Source: an uncultured Candidatus Peribacteria bacterium | GTDB lineage: Bacteria; Patescibacteriota; Gracilibacteria; Peribacterales; Peribacteraceae | Assembly (NCBI GenBank): GCA_964365905.1 | Contig: CAYIRQ010000001.1 | Coordinates: 1-39,692 of the forward strand | Length of the DNA stretch: 39,692 nucleotides | Direction of reading: 5' to 3' | Part shown: positions 8,409 to 14,835 of the stretch, piece by piece | Position numbering within the stretch: the first letter of the stretch is position 1 | How the letters are laid out: the number at the start of each line of letters is the position of its first letter | The notes under the pieces: model-generated | Seen by the model: the letters and a program-made list of their open reading frames with translations, nothing else | The model's database searches: none | What the model was told of the DNA's origin: nothing | Made by a program: the position numbers and the translations under genes

Positions 8409-8851
8409 ATGCCCCATCTCTCAAAGGTATTTATCAGATCAAGAATGTCCTTACTGGTGAGTGTTACATTGGTTCTTCTTTCAACATTCAAAGGAGATTG
8501 GCCGACCATATGAGATATTTGTCAGATGGAGTGCATATCAATAAAATGCTGCAGGGATCATGGAAAAAATATGGATCAGAGAATTTTACAATTTCGATTC
8601 TGGAAATTGTTGGAGATGATCTTGCTCTCGCTGAAAGAGAGATCTTCTGGGTAAAGAAAACTCGCGCGGAAAAAGACGGATTTAATACAAAGACTGATCA
8701 ACACAAATATTCCTCTGTTATTGTAGTTAATCTAACCACGAAGTTTGAGTTGGAAAGCTTAGGCATGGGGTCAATGCAGTCGACATTAAGTCAACTTCTG
8801 AAGTTTTATCAGAAGCAGCATGGCAGTAAGCCCACTACTGAACGATTATGA
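8405..8851 (+). CDS. GIY-YIG nuclease domain protein (copy 2, tandem paralog)
   Basis: GIYQIKNVLTGECYIGSSFNIQRRLADH…AEREIFWVKKT is a textbook GIY-YIG. The C-terminal tail LESLGMGSMQSTLSQLLKFYQKQ parallels LKQLGIGSMDNTARSLILFYKQ of copy 1. There is an ATGA overlap with the next gene at 8848-8851. Confidence 0.85.
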   Translation: MNAPSLKGIYQIKNVLTGECYIGSSFNIQRRLADHMRYLSDGVHINKMLQGSWKKYGSENFTISILEIVGDDLALAEREIFWVKKTRAEKDGFNTKTDQHKYSSVIVVNLTTKFELESLGMGSMQSTLSQLLKFYQKQHGSKPTTERL

Positions 8852-9384
8852 GAATCAGATTTTTCAATTTAATTGTAAGTCTTCGAAAGATTCCGGCTTG
8901 TAGAGCCAGATATCCCCAACAGGCCGCATCCTTTATCGGTTTATATGAAAAACCGATGCTGGGTCAATGCGCTTCTGTGTTAGAAGAGCTGGCAAAAAAA
9001 TCGCGCGATGCATCGTGGCTACTCAAGAACTTGTTTATTGAGGGTTTCCTCATACACGCGAGGAATGTTCGAGATTTTTTGTTCAATCCTCCCGTGAACT
9101 GGAATGACGATATTGTCGCAGCGGATTACCTGACATCTTGGAATAAAAAAATAAAGAAAGAGTGCAAGTTTCTCCACTCTAAAAAAGCCCAGATAGATCG
9201 ATCTGCACTACATCTGTCATACTCACGCATAGATTACGAAAGTAAGGGAAAGTTGGAGATCGAAGATTGCCTCAGAATTAATGGTGAGTTGGAGATAGTA
9301 TGGTGTGAATTCTGGGCGAGATTGCCGGATGAGAAGCGCAGATGGTTTTTAGAGAGGAATGAATGGTCCCCTCCGGCCTCGTAA
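8848..9384 (+). CDS. hypothetical protein (no recognisable family)
   Basis: 178-aa ORF translationally coupled to the GIY-YIG pair, with the same AT-rich composition. Sequence includes …WLLKNLFIEGFLIHARNVRDFLFNPP…IDRSALHLSYSRIDYE…. An alternative ATG lies at 8956. It ends inside a terminator hairpin. Confidence 0.6.
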   Translation: MRIRFFNLIVSLRKIPACRARYPQQAASFIGLYEKPMLGQCASVLEELAKKSRDASWLLKNLFIEGFLIHARNVRDFLFNPPVNWNDDIVAADYLTSWNKKIKKECKFLHSKKAQIDRSALHLSYSRIDYESKGKLEIEDCLRINGELEIVWCEFWARLPDEKRRWFLERNEWSPPAS

Positions 9385-9410
9385 GGAACAGCGGAGGGGG
9401 ATTTTTCTTC
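9368..9410. terminator. bidirectional rho-independent terminator between convergent genes
   Basis: The stem CCCCTCCG (9368-9375) pairs with CGGAGGGG (9392-9399), followed by ATTTTTCTTC on the + strand. It lies between the stop of 8848..9384 (+) and the stop of 9411..9740 (-). Confidence 0.55.
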
Positions 9411-9740
9411 TCATGCAATCTGATCCATCTTCGCTGCCACAATGAAGTCATTCTCACTGAGGCCACCGATCGCATGCGTCCAGAGCGTGAGCGTCATGGA
9501 ACCCCAGCTCACTTCGAAATCCGGATGATGATTCTCACTCTCGGCGATATCAGCGACCTTCTCAAAAAACGCGCGTGTTTCTTTGAAATTCTTAAATTTG
9601 AATGTACGTGCAATCTTCTTCCCGTTCTCACTTAGCTTCCATTCCGGTGTTTGCTTCCGGAGTTCTTCCGCTTCACTTCGTGTGAGCGGCGCGACGCCGC
9701 CTTTGCAGGGGAGGCAGTGTTTGGAGGTGAGAGAGGACAC
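9411..9740 (-). CDS. pterin-4-alpha-carbinolamine dehydratase (PCD/DCoH)
   Basis: 109 aa. Motifs include …W…ENGKKIARTFKFKNFKETRAFFEKVADIAESENHHPDFEVSWGSMTLTLWTH…GGLSENDF. The HHPD core and the length are typical of PCD. Confidence 0.9.
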   Translation of the reverse strand: MSSLTSKHCLPCKGGVAPLTRSEAEELRKQTPEWKLSENGKKIARTFKFKNFKETRAFFEKVADIAESENHHPDFEVSWGSMTLTLWTHAIGGLSENDFIVAAKMDQIA

Positions 9741-9797
9741 GCGGTGATTGTGGCATGAGAATATGACCAGCGCACCCCTCCGTGGGTGCGCTTTGTT

Positions 9798-10226
9798 TCA
9801 AGCAGTTTCCACGAGCCATTCACCGGATGCGGATGACCACGGATAGTCCTCAGGAATACTTACAAGTTCCGCCTTCACAGGATTTTCATGGATATAGCGT
9901 AAAGCAATTTCAGCATTGTCCGGTAAACGGACATGGAAACGTGGTTGCCATATTTTTGAAAGACCAAGATCAAAGGTAAGGCCGGATTTGTAAGAGTTCA
10001 TTATTTTGGAAATGGATTCCGGTGGAGGGATAAAAAGAAGGAAATGGCAATGGTCTGGCATGATAACGAATCCGTATAAAAGAAAAGGTCGCTGCTTTTG
10101 TACCCGATAGAGGCATTCAATCGCTTCTCGCGCATATGCAGGGTTGGCAAAAACCGGCTCTCGATTTGCAGTGACGGTTGTCACGAGCATGAGGACATCA
10201 TTTTGTACAGGATGACGTTGGGTCAT
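9798..10226 (-). CDS. REP-associated tyrosine transposase / IS200-like Y1 (HUH) transposase
   Basis: …LLYGFVIMPDHCHFLLF… carries the HUH motif as H-C-H. …ALRYIHENPVKAELVSIPEDYPWSS carries the catalytic Tyr and the NPV…LV…WSS tail typical of RAYT/COG1943. The ORF-track start at 10271 lies inside the tandem repeat, so I prefer the ATG at 10226 (MTQRHPVQ…). Confidence 0.8.
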   Translation of the reverse strand: MTQRHPVQNDVLMLVTTVTANREPVFANPAYAREAIECLYRVQKQRPFLLYGFVIMPDHCHFLLFIPPPESISKIMNSYKSGLTFDLGLSKIWQPRFHVRLPDNAEIALRYIHENPVKAELVSIPEDYPWSSASGEWLVETA

Positions 10227-10253
10227 AAAGGCGTAGAGAATATCACATGAAAT

Positions 10254-10315
10254 CGCAGCCACGGAGGGCATATGACCGCAGCCACGGAGGGCATATGACC
10301 GCAGCCACGGAGGGC
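10254..10315. repeat. 23-bp tandem direct repeat, 2.7 copies (CGCAGCCACGGAGGGCATATGAC)
   Basis: Read directly from the sequence. Two copies are identical (10254-10276 and 10277-10299). A third copy (10300-10315) diverges into a GCAGCC/GGCTGC hairpin. Confidence 0.9.
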
Positions 10316-10396
10316 TGCTCTGATATATGGGATCATTTCATAAACCAGAGCGCCCCGGAGTTTATGGTGAGCCAAGTCGAACTGCGGGCGCGATCC

Positions 10397-11590
10397 TTAG
10401 ACAATTTTCACTCTCACAAACTTCCTCTTCCCCACCTTCACCACCACCCCCTTCGCCCAGGCTTCGGGGGTCAGGCCCTCTTCCACTTTCGCATTCACAT
10501 CCTTCACTACTTTCTCATTCATCCTCACTCCCCCCTGCTCAATGAGCCTCCGTGCTTCGCTTTTTGATGATGCGAGGCCGCCTTTCACAAGGGCATCGAT
10601 GAGCAATGTTCCCTTCGGTACTTTGAGCTCAGGAACCTCATCAGGCACTCCCCTCTCCTTGAAGACCTTCTCAAACTCTTTCTCAGCCTTAGCGGAAGCC
10701 TCAGATCCGTGATACATCGAGACAATTTCCTTCGCGAGTCTCATCTTCGGTATTTTTGGGTTCACCTCTTTGCCCTCTATGCCCTCTCGTACCTCTTTCA
10801 CCTCTCGTAATGGCATATCCGTACAGCACTCCATATAGAGAGGAATGAGATCGTCCGAGAGCGACATGAGTTTGCCGTACATATCGGCAGGATCATCATC
10901 GAGGTACACGCAGTTCTCGTAGGTCTTGCTCATCTTCCGGCCATCCGTCCCTTCGATGAGCTTCGTCGTGAGGACGAACTTCTCGCGTTTGCCGTAGGCT
11001 TTCTGGAGTGTACGGCCGCAGAGCATGTTGAACTCCTGATCGGTGCCGCCGATCTCGCAATCGACATCGAGCATGACGGAGTCATAACCGACCATGAGCG
11101 GGTAGAGGAATTCATGAACGGAGACGGGTTTCTCTTTGCTCATCCTCTCCGCAAACATCGCACGCTCCTCCATCTGCTGCACGGTGAAGAGACTTGCATG
11201 GTGGAGAATATCGCCATAGGTGAGCTTCTCCAGCCACTCATGGTTGTATCGGATTTGCACTTTTTTGAAATCGAGCACCTTCGATGCCTGCTCCTTGTAC
11301 GTCTCAAAATTCTTCTCCACCTCCCTCTTCGTGAGCGGCGCGCGCTGCGTGTCTCTTCCGGAAGGATCCCCGATCATCGCCGTGAAACTCCCGATGATGA
11401 GGATGGCTTCATGACCGCTATCGGCAAATGCCTGGAGCTTGCGCATCGGGATCGTATGCCCGAGATGAATCTTCGTGCTCGTGGGATCAATCCCCCAGTA
11501 GGCGCGCAACTTCTTCCTGCTCGCAAGTTTCTCCTCCGCCAATTTCTCCGGAATCACTTTCGCGACGGCGCGGGTGAGAAGATCGTTCAC
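10397..11590 (-). CDS. tyrS: tyrosine--tRNA ligase
   Basis: 397 aa with a GTG start. It has the HIGH motif (HLGH in …GIDPTSTKIHLGHTIPMRKL…), IGDPSGR, the KMSKS motif (KMSKT) and a C-terminal S4-like domain (SKSEARRLIEQGGVRMNEKVV). Confidence 0.95.
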   Translation of the reverse strand: MNDLLTRAVAKVIPEKLAEEKLASRKKLRAYWGIDPTSTKIHLGHTIPMRKLQAFADSGHEAILIIGSFTAMIGDPSGRDTQRAPLTKREVEKNFETYKEQASKVLDFKKVQIRYNHEWLEKLTYGDILHHASLFTVQQMEERAMFAERMSKEKPVSVHEFLYPLMVGYDSVMLDVDCEIGGTDQEFNMLCGRTLQKAYGKREKFVLTTKLIEGTDGRKMSKTYENCVYLDDDPADMYGKLMSLSDDLIPLYMECCTDMPLREVKEVREGIEGKEVNPKIPKMRLAKEIVSMYHGSEASAKAEKEFEKVFKERGVPDEVPELKVPKGTLLIDALVKGGLASSKSEARRLIEQGGVRMNEKVVKDVNAKVEEGLTPEAWAKGVVVKVGKRKFVRVKIV

Positions 11591-11610
11591 TTGCGGGTAG
11601 GTTATAGGTT

Positions 11611-12006
11611 TTAGGTTTTAGGTGGTAGGGCCAATATTTGAGCCGCCTTTTTGCCATCTTGAGCCATTTGTTTCTTGAGTTCTACTGCAGTCTCGAATTT
11701 TTGAATATCTCGCAGCTTTGCAACTACTTCAATCGTCATGTTGTCTAATACCTCAAACCTATCACCTAACACCTCAAGGATATGTATTTCGCAACTCATC
11801 GTGTCTCCAAACGTTGGTCGCGGACCATAGTGCATCGTCGCGGGAGAATTTTTCGCACCCACGGAGGGGTGCTTTAACAATGCACGGACGGCGTAGACTC
11901 CCTCCTCGAGCTCCTTCGGAACCATTCCGAGATCCAGATTGAACGTGGGAACTCCGAGCGCTTTTCCCCTCCCACTCCCCGAAATGACGGATGACGTGAA
12001 TTGCAT
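11611..12006 (-). CDS. riboflavin kinase (stand-alone RibF C-terminal-type domain)
   Basis: 131 aa. VISGSGRGKALGVPTFNLDL… GVYAVR… MHYGPRPTF… EIHIL… matches the bacterial flavokinase pattern G.V..G.g.Gr.LG.PTaN… and …R.e.kF.s.eeL..Qi..D. Confidence 0.75.
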   Translation of the reverse strand: MQFTSSVISGSGRGKALGVPTFNLDLGMVPKELEEGVYAVRALLKHPSVGAKNSPATMHYGPRPTFGDTMSCEIHILEVLGDRFEVLDNMTIEVVAKLRDIQKFETAVELKKQMAQDGKKAAQILALPPKT

Positions 12007-12035
12007 ATCCCCATGGTATACTCGACCAAACGCGC

Positions 12036-13913
12036 ATGCAGCTCATGATCCCTCTTTCCGGGCGATGGAAGGTTCTCCTCGCGGCTGCAGTCCTCATCCT
12101 TCTCATTCTCGGGGGGACGTTTTTCTTTTTCCGCAACGGCAGGAGCTCGGGTGACTTAAGGCTCGCGCATCTCGAGGGCATCGCCCGCATTCTCGAAACG
12201 TATCGCGAGAGAAATGGCTTCTACCCTCAACCCGCCGCCCGCATGGAGACGCTGGAGGGAGTGAAACATGTCTGGGGATATCGAAGCAGCCGCCCGGCGC
12301 TTGCTTCCTGCACCGTGAAGATGATGGACGGAGTCGTGGACCCCGAATCTTCTGCGTGCGGAGGAGAAATCTATGACGTCGAGGGCAACGTCATTGGCTG
12401 GAAGGGGACGATCGCGCTCGAGAGCGCGGGGAACAGCGTCGAAGTCGCGGGGAGAGAAGGTCGTCTCGTCGCTCCCCTCGGAGACATGCTGAACGCGCTC
12501 CCATCAGATCCCGGTTATGGCTCCACTCCTGATCTTACGAAGTACGGATTCGGGGAATACATCTACGCCGTGCGCATGCCGGAGGATGGTGCAGTCGGCA
12601 AGGGCGGCGCCCAATACCAACTTGCTGCGACCGTGAGGGATCCCGCGACCGGAACCCTCAGAACCTTCATCCGCGGGGATTACTTCGTGCGTTCCGAGGA
12701 ACGGGGGACGCTCCCTCCTTCCCTCATCGGACCGGGCATGCTCCTGAATGAAAAGGGAGAGCCCGTGGGAGTCGCTCCACTCCACGTTCTCATCGATACA
12801 CAGGCGCAAGGGTATCCGAATCCCCTCCTTGGGGAAGGAGAACATGTGCTCCGGCAACTTTCCGTCCATGGCAAAGCGGATGTTCTGCAGAATGTTCTCG
12901 AGCGACGTATTGAACTCCTCCCGCTGCTTCCGGAAGGCTCCGCGCGCGAAGAACTTTCTTCCTCACTCTCGACGCTTGATGATTCCGTAACCAATCTCCT
13001 CACGACACTAACGGAAAAAGAAGCCGAACCGGTTCAGGCGGAAGGTCTGAGTCGCTCAGAAGTGCAGGTGAATGAGCTTGCGATGAATGCGGAACTGGCG
13101 CTTGCAACCTATCTTTCTGCGGTGGCGGAAGAAGCCGAGCAGATGCTTATTGCCGAACGGGACGAGCGATCTTCGCATGTGGCAGCGCTTTCGGGAGCCC
13201 TGCTTGCACTCCTTGATGTTGAGAAAGACGCGCTCTTTGCCCGCGATGAAATCCTCAAATATCTCGATGGAGAGGGTATCGAAGAGCAGGCGCGGAGTCG
13301 CGCCGGACGCAAGATCGAGAACGCGCTTGCGGGTATTCCGGATTTTTCTTCTCAGCGACTCTTCCTCACGGAGGAAGCGGAGAAAGCCATTCAGGAGCTT
13401 GGGGAAGTCGAGGGTGAAGCCCCTGCCACATCTGCATTCTCCGGGGGCACCACGACGCAGACCACCCTCATTCCCGCCGTTTTTGCGCTCACGGTGTCGC
13501 AGGAACTTTCCGTTCTTCTCAGGGAATTGCGCGGCATCCTGCGCGATATTCAGGAGGATCTTCAGAATCCCTCGATTCCCATGGAGGAACTGGATGATGC
13601 CATGCGAAGGCTTTCACGAGCCCTTCGCAGCGAGATGGAGCGCGTCGAAGGATTGCTCAGAGAACTTGCACCGGCGGAGAATCTCTCATCACTTCTTGCC
13701 GCATTCCAAACGGAGCGCGCTTCTCACGCATCGCTCGCTCTCGCTCATCTCTCGAAAGCAATGAAACTCCACGGGCACTTTGCTCCACTCCTGTTCTCGA
13801 AGGAGCGTCTCGAAAATATCGTTCTTCGGGGGCAAACGGGAGTCCCGGATGTATCCGCCTATGAACATCCTGAGGAAGCCGAATACCAGGGCATTCCGTA
13901 TCCTTTACCTTAA
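12036..13913 (+). CDS. membrane-anchored hypothetical protein (pilin-like head without a prepilin motif, acidic coiled-coil tail)
   Basis: 625-aa ORF with an N-terminal TM segment (WKVLLAAAVLILLILGGTFFFF). This is followed by …RLAHLEGIARILETYRERNGFYPQP…, a pseudopilin-like phrase. The C-terminal half is rich in E, L and A. Its stop overlaps the ROK start (TAATG). Confidence 0.65.
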   Translation: MQLMIPLSGRWKVLLAAAVLILLILGGTFFFFRNGRSSGDLRLAHLEGIARILETYRERNGFYPQPAARMETLEGVKHVWGYRSSRPALASCTVKMMDGVVDPESSACGGEIYDVEGNVIGWKGTIALESAGNSVEVAGREGRLVAPLGDMLNALPSDPGYGSTPDLTKYGFGEYIYAVRMPEDGAVGKGGAQYQLAATVRDPATGTLRTFIRGDYFVRSEERGTLPPSLIGPGMLLNEKGEPVGVAPLHVLIDTQAQGYPNPLLGEGEHVLRQLSVHGKADVLQNVLERRIELLPLLPEGSAREELSSSLSTLDDSVTNLLTTLTEKEAEPVQAEGLSRSEVQVNELAMNAELALATYLSAVAEEAEQMLIAERDERSSHVAALSGALLALLDVEKDALFARDEILKYLDGEGIEEQARSRAGRKIENALAGIPDFSSQRLFLTEEAEKAIQELGEVEGEAPATSAFSGGTTTQTTLIPAVFALTVSQELSVLLRELRGILRDIQEDLQNPSIPMEELDDAMRRLSRALRSEMERVEGLLRELAPAENLSSLLAAFQTERASHASLALAHLSKAMKLHGHFAPLLFSKERLENIVLRGQTGVPDVSAYEHPEEAEYQGIPYPLP

Positions 13914-14785
13914 TGTCCTCCGTCATTGGGATTGATCTCGGCGGAACGAAAATTCATGGGGCGCGCTTTGATGCAGAAACATTTGAGGTACAGGCGGAAG
14001 AGCGGGTCCCAACACATGCGGAGCAGAAATTCGAGCATGTGCAGAGAGACATGCTCGGACTTGCGCGACGTTTAAAGACAGAAGATACCGTTGCGGTTGG
14101 CATGGGCGTTCCCGGCCTTGTGGGGAGAGGCGGTGTGATTGCAACATTGCCGAACATTCCGGGTGCCGAAGGAGTCGCGCTCGCTTCGAGCTTTGAGAAA
14201 GAACTCCGGCTCCCCGTGATCCTCGAGAATGATGCGAATTGCTTTGCGCTTGCGGAAGCAGCGCACGGAAGCGGGAAAGGTCATGACATCGTGATCGGCA
14301 TCACGATGGGAACGGGGGTCGGCGGGGGCATCGTCATTCATGGGGAACTTTTTCGCGGCCACCACGGATTTGCGGGAGAAATCGGGCACATGCTTCTGAG
14401 GCCCGGCGAGCCGCCGTTTAGAGCACACGATCAGCGCGGGGACGTCGAACAGTTTCTTTCGGGAACCGCGATGGGAAAGCGGTGCGCCGAAGCAAAAAGA
14501 CCGAAGGAATATCTGGAAGGAGAGGCATGCGCGTTCCTGCATCCGCAGCTTTTCCGCGAAATCGCGTGGATGTCGGTCAGTCTCACGCACCTCCTCGATC
14601 CGAGCATCATGATCTTCGGAGGCAGTGCGGGAAATCCTCTGAAACCGCATCTTTCTGAAATTCAGAAAGAAATGGAGCGATGGATTCTCCCCGGCACCCC
14701 GTTGCCGAAACTTGCAGTTGCAACCTTTCGACGCGCCGCGACGCGCGGTGCGGCGATTTTGGCGCTCAGGAAAGTGTCGAAATAG
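13913..14785 (+). CDS. ROK-family sugar kinase (glucokinase-like)
   Basis: Motifs include VIGIDLGGTKIHGA…, GVPGLV, ENDANCFALAEA, GITMGTGVGGGIV and GFAGEIGHM. The usual CxCGxxGCxE zinc motif is replaced by RAHDQRGDVE. Confidence 0.85.
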   Translation: MSSVIGIDLGGTKIHGARFDAETFEVQAEERVPTHAEQKFEHVQRDMLGLARRLKTEDTVAVGMGVPGLVGRGGVIATLPNIPGAEGVALASSFEKELRLPVILENDANCFALAEAAHGSGKGHDIVIGITMGTGVGGGIVIHGELFRGHHGFAGEIGHMLLRPGEPPFRAHDQRGDVEQFLSGTAMGKRCAEAKRPKEYLEGEACAFLHPQLFREIAWMSVSLTHLLDPSIMIFGGSAGNPLKPHLSEIQKEMERWILPGTPLPKLAVATFRRAATRGAAILALRKVSK

Positions 14786-14835
14786 AGCCAAAAACGTGCT
14801 ATACTGCATGGATATACCTACACCAAAAATTTCTC

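Larger units (their letters stand above)
9761..10318 (-). mobile_element. IS200/RAYT-like unit: Y1 transposase gene bounded by ATATGACC+hairpin motifs
   Basis: The left end (9761-9792) is ATATGACC-AGCGCACCC(CTCCGT)GGGTGCGCT. The right end (10293-10318) is ATATGACC-GCAGCC(ACGGAG)GGCTGC. The two loops are exact reverse complements. A Y1 (HUH) transposase ORF lies between the ends. Confidence 0.45.

Noticed and set aside
10254-10315. Tandem 23-bp repeats considered as a mini-CRISPR array.
   Set aside because: The repeats are directly abutting with no spacers. There are only 2.7 copies and no cas genes. They are better explained as duplication of the transposase-flanking REP-like end.
11599-11630. 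Heptamer microsatellite AGGTTAT-AGGTTTT-AGGTTTT-AGGTGGT-AGGG at the riboflavin kinase/tyrS junction.
   Set aside because: It is short and degenerate, and it partly codes for the last residues (…LPPKT) of the upstream gene. No function can be argued. It is noted only because it vaguely mirrors the G-tract repeat at 27874.
14680-14835. Upstream extension of the glycine-rich surface protein ORF (ORF-track start 14680).
   Set aside because: It would overlap the ROK gene by about 100 nt and adds an R/C-rich segment. The ATG at 14836 gives a textbook signal peptide right after the ROK stop.
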